DNA of 64,000 nt from the IMG/VR virus record IMGVR_UViG_3300050343_000265, positions 19,954-83,953 of that record; one strand, given 5' to 3'. The stretch's first letter is position 1; the number at the start of each line of letters is the position of its first letter. The position numbers and the translations under genes were made by a program. Origin of the DNA: a virus. Of the stretch, positions 1 through 10,076 are shown piece by piece. Under the pieces are notes generated by a model, which was not told the DNA's origin, did no database searches, and was given only the letters and a program-made list of their open reading frames with translations.

Positions 1-359
1 TTTTCATCAGCACGTTTTGACCATTGAAGATTATCTGCACGGCAATCTTTTTTGTTGCTGTTGATATGTTTAACAACGCTACAACCTTTAAGTCGCCCAT
101 ATGGAGTTGGGGGTAATCCAAGAAAAGCAAATGCAACAAGAGTATGCACAGGAATAGTTATTAACTTACGGCGTCCAATGCGTTGAGTTAAGTTTACGAC
201 TGGGTAACCACCCTTACTTATTTTCTGCTTAAGAATCCTTTCGATCCTTCCCTTAGTACTTTTAATAAGACCTTTTTGGTTTACATAGTACTCAATGCAG
301 CACTCAAAACCCGGCAATGTATGCACAGGGATCCATTCATTATTGTCTATAAAGTCCAT
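1..359 (-). CDS. NUMOD4/HNH-type endonuclease (runs off window edge)
   Basis: Manual translation MDFIDNNEWIPVHTLPGF...YYVNQKGLIKS...VHTLVAFAFLG...KHINSNKKDCRADNLQW matches the NUMOD4+HNH pattern. Confidence 0.75.
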   Translation of the reverse strand, partial: MDFIDNNEWIPVHTLPGFECCIEYYVNQKGLIKSTKGRIERILKQKISKGGYPVVNLTQRIGRRKLITIPVHTLVAFAFLGLPPTPYGRLKGCSVVKHINSNKKDCRADNLQWSKRADE

Positions 360-473
360 ATAACCAAGTATTCTGGGGTATCTAAATAATATTATAGCGG
401 TAACTATTAACATCAGTATATGTGACTAGTCGAAGTCACTTATAAACCTTTTAGCTTACGGAGTTAGAAATCC

Positions 474-1622
474 ATGTGGATTGATAATGACTTTCCTAAG
501 CTCCTTGGTGCAGAGCTTTACCGCCCTCACCCTGCCTACATCATTGAGATGGCAGTTGAGCCGGTAGTTGTCCACGATTTCAGCAAGCAACCCGGCCAGA
601 CCGTACAGCTTGATCGTTATCGTTTCTGGGGCAAGCCTGGCACTAAGGAGTCCCGTGAGCGGACCGCCGATCAAACCCTCGGCACCGCTTCAGCTCGCAA
701 CATCGTCAAGGACAAGGTCCTTGTGACTCTGCGTGAGTACACCGGCCCAGCCGATACCCGCGACACAGCACAGCCTTCTACCTTCAAAGTTGCTCGCGAA
801 ACCCTGATCACCGCTCAGCGTTTGCTGCTTGATACTGGCAACCTGAATGTGTTCCACCAGTCGATCGGTAGCTTGACGCTGCTTGACGACTATCGCCGTT
901 GGCGCGATCGCGTCTTTGCTAACGAACTGCTGAAAGCAGAAGCAAATGGCAAAGCTGACAAAGAGCAAGGTGGCTACTACCTTCCTGGCGACAAAGTCAA
1001 AGGCGCATCTGGCGGCACCTTGGGTGTTACCTATGCAACTGGCGAGTCTGCCAAGTTTGATGTAACTACTGACCTTCTCGAAGTTGTTAAGGACATGCGT
1101 AAGCGCAACGTCCCAACTTTCGCTGATGGTTACTACCGCTGCATCGTGGATCCAACTGCAATGATGCACCTGCGTCAGAACAGCGACTTCCGCGAAATCG
1201 CACGTTATCCAGGCACTGGCATGGTCAACCCCATGTCACCCAACCAGGCACCCAACGCAAACTTCTACCAAGGAATGGGTCCTGCTTACGGCCAAGCTGG
1301 CTTTGTTGCTGGTCAACCCGTAATGCCTACTGGCTTCCTCTTTGAGGGTGTCCGTTGGTTCGAGTCCACCAACCTGCCCGAGACCTCTTACAACCTTGTT
1401 GTTACCGATGCTGCTGCTGGCGCTGCTGATTACACAGCTTCCCAGTTGATCTTCTTCGGTCCTCAAGCTGTGGGTGTGGGTATTGGTGGTAACAATGCGC
1501 AGATTCTGTTGAACAACAACGACGACTTCAGTCGTTTCATCATCATGATCTGGAGCTTGTTCGCCGGTTTTGAAGTACTTAATAAGGACTTCATCACGGT
1601 TGGTTACTCTTTCGTATATTGA
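474..1622 (+). CDS. Major capsid protein (N4-gp56-like)
   Basis: 382 aa, strongly biased codon usage, heads the structural module; PGQTVQL..Y and C-terminal DDFSRF..MIW resemble N4-gp56-family MCPs. Confidence 0.8.
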   Translation: MWIDNDFPKLLGAELYRPHPAYIIEMAVEPVVVHDFSKQPGQTVQLDRYRFWGKPGTKESRERTADQTLGTASARNIVKDKVLVTLREYTGPADTRDTAQPSTFKVARETLITAQRLLLDTGNLNVFHQSIGSLTLLDDYRRWRDRVFANELLKAEANGKADKEQGGYYLPGDKVKGASGGTLGVTYATGESAKFDVTTDLLEVVKDMRKRNVPTFADGYYRCIVDPTAMMHLRQNSDFREIARYPGTGMVNPMSPNQAPNANFYQGMGPAYGQAGFVAGQPVMPTGFLFEGVRWFESTNLPETSYNLVVTDAAAGAADYTASQLIFFGPQAVGVGIGGNNAQILLNNNDDFSRFIIMIWSLFAGFEVLNKDFITVGYSFVY

Positions 1623-1638
1623 TAGGAGCTAACTAACT

Positions 1639-2208
1639 ATGTCCGTAATTTTTCCCGGTAATTATGTCGCACACTTGAACGCTTATCGCGATCAAGGTGT
1701 GTTTGCACTTCCAGGCGTTGAGTTTTATCAGGTCGTCGGTGCTGCAATTGTTGATGCCAACATTGCAAGCTCCGGTACCCTCACGCCTCAAGTCCAGTCA
1801 CCTGACCTCCGTCAGGATGACAAGCCACGCTTGAACAAGTCAGTGACTGTTCCTGCTGGTGCTGTCGTGTATCGCACGGCTATTAACACTGTCAACCTGT
1901 CCTCTACAGGCACCTCTACGGTTGCTGTTGATGGCTTGACAACCGCTGGCCTGGAAGCATCCTTGGCAGCTGTTGGTGGTGTTTATCCCGCCGCTGGTGG
2001 CAAGACAACATTCGATGGTTTCGCAACGACTTCTAGTGAGTCTTCTGCTGCCACGATCACTATCGCTCACTCAGGTGCTTTGAGCCTGATTGATACTGAT
2101 AGCTGCGCCGCTGTGATTGTTGAAGTCTGCTACTACTTGTCTGCAGACGGCCCTGATTCAGACGACCTTTCCCTCCCTTATAAGACGGAAGCTGGACAAG
2201 GTTATTGA
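1639..2208 (+). CDS. Capsid decoration/minor structural protein
   Basis: Directly after MCP, AGGAG RBS, Ala/Thr/Val-rich, followed by terminator. Confidence 0.55.
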   Translation: MSVIFPGNYVAHLNAYRDQGVFALPGVEFYQVVGAAIVDANIASSGTLTPQVQSPDLRQDDKPRLNKSVTVPAGAVVYRTAINTVNLSSTGTSTVAVDGLTTAGLEASLAAVGGVYPAAGGKTTFDGFATTSSESSAATITIAHSGALSLIDTDSCAAVIVEVCYYLSADGPDSDDLSLPYKTEAGQGY

Positions 2209-2227
2209 TAACTTAGTCCGACATTAT

Positions 2228-2254
2228 AAGCGTCTCTTAGGGGGCGCTTTTTTT
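2228..2254 (+). terminator. Rho-independent terminator
   Basis: AAGCGTCTC-TTAG-GGGGCGCTT followed by a T tract. Confidence 0.8.
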
Positions 2255-2288
2255 GTGTCTATAATAATGGGGTACGGTATAAATAGTA

Positions 2289-2720
2289 ATGAGTAATCTT
2301 TTTCAGGATCAAAAAACAGGCAAGCTTGTTGAGTTTATTAATAAGCACGACAAAGAATATGCAATGGTCAGAGACGCTGGAGGCAATATTGCTTATGTAT
2401 GTCTTGATTCATTAGTTCCTTATGACAAGGACAAAGGTCGTCTAACTAAAGTAGCTGCACCACAAATTCAACCTGAGCCTGAAGAAGAGCTGCCAGTGCC
2501 TGTCGTACCTATTGAAGATACACGCTTAAATCTAAACATGGCACCAGCAGAACAGATTGCAAAAAGGTTGCCAGGTGTTGGCTATGCCACAGCAAAACGT
2601 ATTGTCGAACTACGGATGTCACTAAGTGGTGAGCGGTTTAACAACCTTAAGCAGCTAGAAAATATTCCTCGTGTCAACTGGGACCAGCTCATTGAAGAAG
2701 ACTTAATCTTTATTAGTTAA
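2289..2720 (+). CDS. Helix-hairpin-helix (ComEA-like) DNA-binding protein
   Basis: RLNLNMAPAEQIAKRLPGVGYATAKRIVELR...FNNLKQLENIPRV. Confidence 0.7.
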   Translation: MSNLFQDQKTGKLVEFINKHDKEYAMVRDAGGNIAYVCLDSLVPYDKDKGRLTKVAAPQIQPEPEEELPVPVVPIEDTRLNLNMAPAEQIAKRLPGVGYATAKRIVELRMSLSGERFNNLKQLENIPRVNWDQLIEEDLIFIS

Positions 2721-2748
2721 ACTAGGGTTAGTATTATTGAGGAGATAA

Positions 2749-3147
2749 ATGCTAACAGTACAAGAAGCACTTTTGTTCCAAGCTGCTAAAGATGAGCAGG
2801 ATCGAATTGATGCGCAAGGAACTGCTGGTGTTATTGGAGGCATGACCGGTGCTGTTCTTGGAACTACCGGTGGAATGATTCCTCATAGTATTGGCAAACA
2901 GATTAATAAGGCAAGAGGACGTACACCAGCGCGATTTAAAGCGGGTCCACGTATGGCAGGTGGACTGACGGGCCTAATCCTTGGAGGAGTTTTAGGCGCA
3001 GGCACAGCAGCAGTAATGAAGCAAGATAACCCTGCTGCAAACATACTTGCCAAGATTCAAGCTAAAGGTGAACTAACCGAATACGACGAGTACGCTCTTC
3101 AGCAAGTGCTTCGTGACATCTACAGCAATCAATCGAGGATGGCGTAA
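2749..3147 (+). CDS. Hypothetical virion protein with glycine-zipper segments
   Basis: ORF with GGAG RBS; GxxxG-rich hydrophobic stretches. Confidence 0.6.
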   Translation: MLTVQEALLFQAAKDEQDRIDAQGTAGVIGGMTGAVLGTTGGMIPHSIGKQINKARGRTPARFKAGPRMAGGLTGLILGGVLGAGTAAVMKQDNPAANILAKIQAKGELTEYDEYALQQVLRDIYSNQSRMA

Positions 3148-3644
3148 TGGAATTAGATGATTATCTAAAATCTAAAACTAGGTTTCATCTGGGATATAAC
3201 TCAGGTGCACAGCTTCCAGCTGGAGATCGTTCAAGGCTTGAAGAAGCAATGGCGCTTGTGCCAGATGAGCTTTGGTATAACGAGATTGTTTATCACATCA
3301 AACGTTGCGATAACGCTTGGAAGGTAAGTGCATACCTGCCTGATGACATCCTAGATCCAAGTGGTCAAGGCATCGTCAACTTCTCACGTCAAGAAATCAT
3401 TTCAGGAGATGTGCAACGAACCATCTCGCAATCAGATCCATTAAAAGGTGATGAGTATTTCCGTGAAATCTATTTACGAGAATGCGATCGATTGGCTGAA
3501 ACTTTGTATGTAGCTAATTACCGTCGTCCTGAAGTACGGCGCTATGCCTTTGATCGTTCTGGTGCTGAGTTTATTCTGGCTGTACCTGGCCCTGCAGACA
3601 CTGCAGTAGGTTCAAGAATTGTTTTACATAATACTTGGCGATAA
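3147..3644 (+). CDS. Putative head-tail connector/structural protein
   Basis: Coupled ORF in the structural module; function inferred from position and size. Confidence 0.45.
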   Translation: MELDDYLKSKTRFHLGYNSGAQLPAGDRSRLEEAMALVPDELWYNEIVYHIKRCDNAWKVSAYLPDDILDPSGQGIVNFSRQEIISGDVQRTISQSDPLKGDEYFREIYLRECDRLAETLYVANYRRPEVRRYAFDRSGAEFILAVPGPADTAVGSRIVLHNTWR

Positions 3645-3679
3645 AGTAGAATATATCTAGGATATATAGCAAGAAAGTT

Positions 3680-4030
3680 ATGACACAAAAAATCACGATG
3701 GGTCGTGATAGGCGACAAGATGCTATCGATGCTCAAAATGCAATGCGTCAGTACGGTGGATACAATCCTAATGCTGGTGATATCCCCGCAGTGATGCCAT
3801 CTGCACCATCATCAACAGCAAATGCACCTGCTGATGATCCTATGGATCGAACAGGTAGTGTTGCTCTAGGTACATCAGGTACAGAGGAACCTAATCAATC
3901 TTCTGAACAATTCCAATCATCTGCTCTTAATGATCGCCTGGCGAACATTCAAAGAGGTATTGAACGGAGTGAAGGTAATGCATATAACTCTGGCTATAAC
4001 AATCGTTCTGTCACTGGGAGCCTAAGCTAA
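3680..4030 (+). CDS. Hypothetical low-complexity virion protein
   Basis: ORF track; TAGAAT box upstream. Confidence 0.6.
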   Translation: MTQKITMGRDRRQDAIDAQNAMRQYGGYNPNAGDIPAVMPSAPSSTANAPADDPMDRTGSVALGTSGTEEPNQSSEQFQSSALNDRLANIQRGIERSEGNAYNSGYNNRSVTGSLS

Positions 4031-4548
4031 TGAGTAGACGCGCAAACTCTAAAAATCTAGATCCAATGCGCTTTGCACCTGAAGCAAAGTCACTATCCAA
4101 TCTGCCTGGTTCACCGGAGAATACAAATCCAATGAACATGCGAACTGCAGGTCAAGAAGCTACTCCTCCAATTGGTGGAACAAGTATTTATAACGACTCA
4201 AACCAAAATGGTGTCTACCCACAGATGGGATCTGCAGTACTTAATCCAATGCAGTACACGCCAACTCAGATGCATAATATGCCAGTAGGACAAAAGCTGA
4301 ACGCTGGATTTAACTACGGTCTTCAACCACAACCGTCAGCAAATGCTGGTGACCCACTGGAAGGAAAGCGTTTAGGTGAAAATGCATCCATGAAAGGTCT
4401 GATGGCGCATCCTTTTCTAGGAATGACAGGATCACCTGCACTTATTCCTGGAGCATTCCCTGGGAATATGGCCCAAGGTCAACCGTTGATGCAACCCATG
4501 ATCACAGTAGACGGACAAAACAATTCTAAGAAAGGAGCTAAAGCGTAA
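4030..4548 (+). CDS. Hypothetical Pro/Gln/Met-rich protein
   Basis: TAATG coupling on both sides. Confidence 0.6.
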   Translation: MSRRANSKNLDPMRFAPEAKSLSNLPGSPENTNPMNMRTAGQEATPPIGGTSIYNDSNQNGVYPQMGSAVLNPMQYTPTQMHNMPVGQKLNAGFNYGLQPQPSANAGDPLEGKRLGENASMKGLMAHPFLGMTGSPALIPGAFPGNMAQGQPLMQPMITVDGQNNSKKGAKA

Positions 4549-5036
4549 TGGCTACTACAGCAACTAATAAACAACCATTGCTTGTTGATCGGGTATTTCA
4601 TAAAGCGGTCAGTGCTATGTCATTGGCATCTGGTTCGGCAACATCACTAGACATTGAAGGAACTAATCAGTCAGCAGTGCTGGTGGACTGCAGTGCTAAC
4701 GATGGGGCTGTGGTGGAAGATCTATATGTAATCGCACGAACAAGTACATCCACGGCCTATACAGCTCTCTTTTATTTGAGTTCTGCTGTTGATTACTTGC
4801 GTCCCACAGAAGGTGTATATGTAGGTAAGTTGACAAGCTCAACGACTAGCGCTGATAAAACATCATCTGCTGATCTTCCAAAAGTTCTGGCACCTCTTGC
4901 ACATGTTGGATCTAATCCACAAGTACGTGCACTGTATGTTCCCAAAGGAAATGTACTGTGGTGCACACTACAGCTAGCAGGCTCAGTAAACACAACTGAT
5001 ACGCCAATTATTGCAGCACAGGGCGGATTCTATTAA
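4548..5036 (+). CDS. Putative tail structural protein
   Basis: Coupled ORF, beta-rich composition. Confidence 0.5.
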   Translation: MATTATNKQPLLVDRVFHKAVSAMSLASGSATSLDIEGTNQSAVLVDCSANDGAVVEDLYVIARTSTSTAYTALFYLSSAVDYLRPTEGVYVGKLTSSTTSADKTSSADLPKVLAPLAHVGSNPQVRALYVPKGNVLWCTLQLAGSVNTTDTPIIAAQGGFY

Positions 5037-5040
5037 GGCG

Positions 5041-6804
5041 ATGCCTAGGAAGAAGAATGGATATGGAAACTTTAATGTCAATGATATAAAGGGTGTAAAC
5101 AGTTCGTTTGACAAAGGTAAAGGATCAACCTCTGCAGGTAACTACCCTGCAGTACGGTCGTTCGGATCAACCTTAACCAGAAGTGCTATTGAGCAATACG
5201 ACTTAGAAAGCACATGGAGTAGATGGAGACGTGGACTTGAATATTATTATCAAGGTGCATACCTAGACTTCACACAAACAGATGCAGTGCTTTATCAGGG
5301 AACAAATTTTGAAGTTCCTGTGACTTTTATTGGTCAACGCTTTGCAACAAAGAATGCTGACAGTAGAACTCATTACGCAATCCGACGTGAGGTTGATCAA
5401 AATCAACAGCTAGGTGTCATTGTCCAAAGGTATAACGATGAATATGCATATCCAGAATACAGACGTGACAAAGAAATTTGGTTAAAGGTAGACACATCAG
5501 CAGGATATTCAGATGACCTGCTACTGCGTTCAGTAGGTGAGCGAGTAACTGACGGAGTCACTGCTGCAAATATTTCATGGGTACTTACATCTGCTAAGCA
5601 TCCTGCTGTGTACTTAGGTAAATCACAAGCAGAGGGAGTGGTGGCAGTAACAACTGTCTCACTGAGTGAAGTATTAGCAACTGAGTTTATCACTAACAAC
5701 AATGGAGATATTCAGTCCCTAGTTGGCGAAGCAGTCAATATGCCTGACTTCTATCAGAACAGGACGATCAGTGCATTAGATAAATTTACAGATTATCCAC
5801 ATGACTTCCGTGTGAATCTTACAGAAACAATTACTAGTACCACAATTCAAATACTAGATACAAGTACAGGACTACCTCCAACTCTAGGTGAGATAAACAC
5901 TGCAGATCAAATCTTTAGCACGACTACTGCAACCAGTACGTTGGAAGGAGACTTCGTCTACGAGAAAGAACGATACCAGCGGTTTTTTGGACAGCAATAT
6001 CTGACTGCTGATTTGGTTAGATCCGAACTTACACAACTTGCATACGGAATACTACCTTGGAGCATTCAATCAGTAAAAGCAGACGTTACAAATAATGAGC
6101 TGACTATTACTTCAGAACCATTCCAAAGCAGTCTTCAACTATATACACCAAGTGAAACATACCGATATATCATATTCCCTGAAAAAGGATTTACAACTAA
6201 AACACCAGATGTAGATGCAGATGGTAATTACAAGCATGCACCGCCAGTGCCAGGTGAGAAATTATGGGAGAAAATTAATTTAGATATAGACCCATGGATT
6301 GATGAAATATTTTCAAACAACCAGCCATTGTCTATATCAGAGATCTATACCTGTAGTTGCCCTGCGTATCTGCATGCTGTGCTGAGAAACCCAGAATCTA
6401 CAGACGATGATGGTAAAAAAATTAATAGACAACAACGTCTCCCCACACCTACTGCAAAAGGGGCCTCTACATATGAAGCCAATGGTTTGCTTAAAACAGT
6501 AGGCATTGCAGAGTCTTGGGCCACTGATGAATACAAGAAAAGTTTTAAAGTCTGCAAGCACACGATTGCTGCAATGTTTATAGATAAAGTACGAGTAATG
6601 GAACCGAATACTTTTCCGAGTGCTGATGCACGTGAAAAGTTCGAAGAAAAATTAGCCAAAGATATACAAGAAGTTGCTGAGGAATTTACAGCACAGCTTA
6701 GACGTTCAGAAATGACTCAGATAGAAGTTATATATGCGCTAGCAGAAGCTCTTAATCTTGATGATGTTGAAATTGGCTATGTGCTATTAACAAGTAAATT
6801 CTAA
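5041..6804 (+). CDS. Structural-module protein with C-terminal SWIM-like Zn finger
   Basis: YTCSCPAY...KVCKHTIA (CxC...CxH); ATG 5041 preferred over TTG 5011. Confidence 0.6.
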   Translation: MPRKKNGYGNFNVNDIKGVNSSFDKGKGSTSAGNYPAVRSFGSTLTRSAIEQYDLESTWSRWRRGLEYYYQGAYLDFTQTDAVLYQGTNFEVPVTFIGQRFATKNADSRTHYAIRREVDQNQQLGVIVQRYNDEYAYPEYRRDKEIWLKVDTSAGYSDDLLLRSVGERVTDGVTAANISWVLTSAKHPAVYLGKSQAEGVVAVTTVSLSEVLATEFITNNNGDIQSLVGEAVNMPDFYQNRTISALDKFTDYPHDFRVNLTETITSTTIQILDTSTGLPPTLGEINTADQIFSTTTATSTLEGDFVYEKERYQRFFGQQYLTADLVRSELTQLAYGILPWSIQSVKADVTNNELTITSEPFQSSLQLYTPSETYRYIIFPEKGFTTKTPDVDADGNYKHAPPVPGEKLWEKINLDIDPWIDEIFSNNQPLSISEIYTCSCPAYLHAVLRNPESTDDDGKKINRQQRLPTPTAKGASTYEANGLLKTVGIAESWATDEYKKSFKVCKHTIAAMFIDKVRVMEPNTFPSADAREKFEEKLAKDIQEVAEEFTAQLRRSEMTQIEVIYALAEALNLDDVEIGYVLLTSKF

Positions 6805-6829
6805 TCAAATACAATAGATAAAGAAACAT

Positions 6830-8617
6830 GTGAGTGTAGTTGTGACCTCAAGTAATGAAAACTACCAAGGTGTATTGGATGCAATTAATGAATTACGTGC
6901 ACGTAATGGCGAGTCTGCTCAAAACAATCCACCAAACTGGAAAGGTATTATTAACGCCTTACAGTCACTAAACAAATGGGGACAGGTAGAAAACGGAGAT
7001 ACTCCACCAGGTTATACACCTGATTATGATTCAAGTGGCAACATAACTGGCAGTCACTACAATCCACAACCTGATAATGGTCGTCTATGGTTTGATATCC
7101 GATCAGGTCGTTTGCTTATTTGGCAAGACGATGGTTGGTATCAAACAAATGGTGCGGACGGTTTGCCCTTCTTTGCTACGGCAGCTCCAGGATCGGAAGT
7201 CCCAGGCGCACTTTGGTTTAATACGGCAAACTTAAATCTGTATATTTATGATGGTTCAAACTGGATTTTAGTATCAAGTCCTACAGGTGCAACAACGACA
7301 ACAGCACTACCACTAACAAGTGCAGAAAGTAATTTGTTCCCTGTACCAGGCAATGTTCAAACACAAAATCAAGCCAATACTTACTTTATTAACGCTGTCA
7401 CAACACTACAAACTGATGTAACAACGCTGGAAACAGAACAAGCTGCTCCTATTTCAGCTACAGCTCCTAGTGCAGCAACAGCAGGTGAGTTCTGGTTTAA
7501 CAGCACGACGTTAGAACTAAGAGTCTCCTACGGAGGTGCATGGGTACCTGCATCTCTTCCATTGACAGACGACACAGATTTTGTAGCTTTAAGCAATACA
7601 GTTACTAACAACTACACGACAACAACTAACTTAATTACTGCATCTAATGTTCGTATCACGGCACTAGAAAATGCACCACTACGTACGTTGACGCTTGCAG
7701 TAGACACCAATGAAAAGTCAATTGTCCTAAATGATAGTGCTGCAACTAATACTCAAGTAAAGTTTTTGGGTACAAATGGAATTGGTATAGCAGTTACAGC
7801 AACGGACATAACGATCGATGCTGCTGGTGTACTTACCTCTGCTAGTGCCTTAATTGCAGCAACTGGATGGGGAACAGCAATCACGAACCTAACCACTAGG
7901 ACTACAACACTAGAAACGGATGTGACTGCCTTGCAGAACACACCGGTTGTTTCAGTAAGTGCATTCAATACTCTAAGCACTACCGTTAGCGGCTTGCCTA
8001 CAACAGCTGACCTTAACCTGAAGGTTGACAAAAGTAGTCCATCATTCACAACCGACGTTGACTTCAACAACAATCGCCTACTTCAAGTAGGTACAGCTAC
8101 TGCATCTACAGATGGCGTAAACAAAGCGTATGCAGATGCAATTAAAACATATGCAGATAATACTTTTATTACTCAGACGACGAGTACATTAGGCAACTTA
8201 ATCATTAGTCGAACAAATCTCAGTGCCCCTGCTCTTGACTTCTCAGGTTCTCATACTAATAGTTATGAAGCATTGAAGTTTAAAACTTATGGTGGAGCAG
8301 GTAGCGTTACATTTGGTGTAACTACTTATACCAATGAATATGCCTATACATTTACTGGCGATGAAGAGTTCTCTTGGATTGGAGCTAGTGGTAAAACAGC
8401 ATTCATAGATGATACTGGGATTACTACTGAAGCATTAACTATTGCGGACATCAGTAGAAACGCAGGTGGGACACAAGTCTTGTCCAACACAATTGATGTG
8501 AAGGAACGCATTTCTACGTACCAGACTGCATTGATTGGAGTCAGGACTGCATTAAATACCTCTTCTGATTACGCCAGCTTTAAGACAGCTGCACTGACCG
8601 CATTAGCCAACATCTAA
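6830..8617 (+). CDS. Tail fibre protein
   Basis: Repeated G.LWF[DN]...L.IY.G..W modules, coiled-coil segments, DGVNKAYAD. Confidence 0.75.
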   Translation: MSVVVTSSNENYQGVLDAINELRARNGESAQNNPPNWKGIINALQSLNKWGQVENGDTPPGYTPDYDSSGNITGSHYNPQPDNGRLWFDIRSGRLLIWQDDGWYQTNGADGLPFFATAAPGSEVPGALWFNTANLNLYIYDGSNWILVSSPTGATTTTALPLTSAESNLFPVPGNVQTQNQANTYFINAVTTLQTDVTTLETEQAAPISATAPSAATAGEFWFNSTTLELRVSYGGAWVPASLPLTDDTDFVALSNTVTNNYTTTTNLITASNVRITALENAPLRTLTLAVDTNEKSIVLNDSAATNTQVKFLGTNGIGIAVTATDITIDAAGVLTSASALIAATGWGTAITNLTTRTTTLETDVTALQNTPVVSVSAFNTLSTTVSGLPTTADLNLKVDKSSPSFTTDVDFNNNRLLQVGTATASTDGVNKAYADAIKTYADNTFITQTTSTLGNLIISRTNLSAPALDFSGSHTNSYEALKFKTYGGAGSVTFGVTTYTNEYAYTFTGDEEFSWIGASGKTAFIDDTGITTEALTIADISRNAGGTQVLSNTIDVKERISTYQTALIGVRTALNTSSDYASFKTAALTALANI

Positions 8618-8619
8618 TT

Positions 8620-8814
8620 ATGCCTTCATTCAACTTTCCATCAAACCCAACAAATGGGATGATCGTTAAAAACGATACAACAGGGGTTTCGTATTCTTGG
8701 GAAAAGACATCTAATTCATGGAACATTGTACGTACAAACGTGAATGATGCTCTCGATAATGTGACGACAGCGTTAGTATCATTAACAGGTCCGATGGGTA
8801 ATAAAAATGTTTAA
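8620..8814 (+). CDS. Small fibre-associated protein
   Basis: FNFPSNPTNG...YSW resembles the fibre N-terminal motif at 13418. Confidence 0.5.
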   Translation: MPSFNFPSNPTNGMIVKNDTTGVSYSWEKTSNSWNIVRTNVNDALDNVTTALVSLTGPMGNKNV

Positions 8815-9010
8815 GCCAGAAGATTTTCACTTGTCAATGGAGAAAGAACTTAAGAAGCGAGTAATCTTCGATGATATTAATTCTTGCGATAATGTTGAGA
8901 CATTGCAAAATAGTCTTCGTCAAGTTACTGATCAATTGATGAAGTACCAACAGCTACTAGATGCCACACTGCGACAGCTGTTAGACATGGAGCTAACAAA
9001 GTTAGAATAG
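8807..9010 (+). CDS. NblA-like phycobilisome degradation adaptor (divergent)
   Basis: 67 aa two-helix pattern LSMEKELKKR...DINSCDNVETLQNSL...LMKYQQLL. Confidence 0.45.
   Translation: MFKPEDFHLSMEKELKKRVIFDDINSCDNVETLQNSLRQVTDQLMKYQQLLDATLRQLLDMELTKLE
9001..9008 (+). promoter_or_regulatory. Late-type promoter box GTTAGAAT (representative copy)
   Basis: NTA(G/A)AAT recurs shortly upstream of structural genes (10025, 12755, 13161, 13386, 17345, 19283, 21580). Confidence 0.6.
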
Positions 9011-9034
9011 ATAGAGAACGCTACTGGATGACAG

Positions 9035-9577
9035 ATGCCTAATGTTGGAGACACTAAAGCAAGATTTGGTCGTCAGTATATCTATTTAAATCCGGCCCCT
9101 AATGGTACAGGAACAATAGGTGAGTGGCGTTTGCGTATTGATGATAATGGACAACCACCTATCACACCAGGTGGTAGTACTGATTTGGGTTATCAAGCAG
9201 TTGTTGCAACTGGTCAGCCTACTATTGTTGCAGGCAACCTTGTTTACCTAGATTCAGCAGGAGAAGCAAAACTTGCAGATGCCTCAACTATCGCTGAATC
9301 TGTAGTTGTTGGTATGGCAACTACACAGGCAAGTGCTGGTGCTTTGGTTGAATTTACAAGGAATGAAATCAAGACAATCTTTAATGTATCAGCAGTTGTT
9401 GAAGGTGCACCTGCAGCATTGGTACCAGGATCTGTGTATTACTTAAGTACTGTTGCTGGAAAATGGACTACAACTCCAAATGCAACAACAGCTGGTTCAG
9501 TGATTAGATCCTGTGGCACAGCAGTTGATACAGACAAAATGTCCATTGAAATTCAAATTGTTACTTCTGCAATCTAA
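9035..9577 (+). CDS. Virion structural protein
   Basis: GNLVYLDSAGEAKLADA, VYYLSTVAG motifs typical of fibre/cement proteins. Confidence 0.55.
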   Translation: MPNVGDTKARFGRQYIYLNPAPNGTGTIGEWRLRIDDNGQPPITPGGSTDLGYQAVVATGQPTIVAGNLVYLDSAGEAKLADASTIAESVVVGMATTQASAGALVEFTRNEIKTIFNVSAVVEGAPAALVPGSVYYLSTVAGKWTTTPNATTAGSVIRSCGTAVDTDKMSIEIQIVTSAI

Positions 9578-10026
9578 TGGCAAATCGTAAAATCACAGTC
9601 CTTAATCCAACAGGGTATCAAGAGCTATTTCAATCAGGTGACGTCCTGGTTTTAGATGGAAGTGTAGATCTTCAATCAAATGGCATTACAGGCATTCCTG
9701 ATCCAACAGCAAATTTAGATTGCTCTAACAAAAAGTACGTAGATGACACTAAAGCCTTGCTTGACAGTGACATCGCAACAATAAACACTAATATTACCAA
9801 CCTAACAAACAGTATTGGCAACGGTACTGTTAGCTTCAGTGCCTCACAGAACATGACTGTTTCTGGGAGTCTTACCACAAACCAAGCTGGTAATTCCACA
9901 ATTACATTGACAGGTCCTGATCTAACAAACTTATTGCCAAAACCATCTGCTGATGGTGTGTATGTCGTCAATAAAACAGGAGTCAATGTCACTTACGTAG
10001 AAGTGATTGACGGCGGTTCATATTGA
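9577..10026 (+). CDS. Short tail-fibre-like protein
   Basis: ITGIPDPTANLDCSNKKYVD motif; ends IDGGSY. Confidence 0.6.
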   Translation: MANRKITVLNPTGYQELFQSGDVLVLDGSVDLQSNGITGIPDPTANLDCSNKKYVDDTKALLDSDIATINTNITNLTNSIGNGTVSFSASQNMTVSGSLTTNQAGNSTITLTGPDLTNLLPKPSADGVYVVNKTGVNVTYVEVIDGGSY

Positions 10027-10076
10027 TAGAATGAATACAACAGTTATTACTGTTGTTATATTGCTTATTAGTCAAA

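Noticed and set aside
690-1466. Antisense and alternate-frame track ORFs (e.g. 690-1169, 5403-5702, 7753-8073, 41686-42108, 51654-52127)
   Set aside because: Shadows of well-supported genes with no motifs or start signals.
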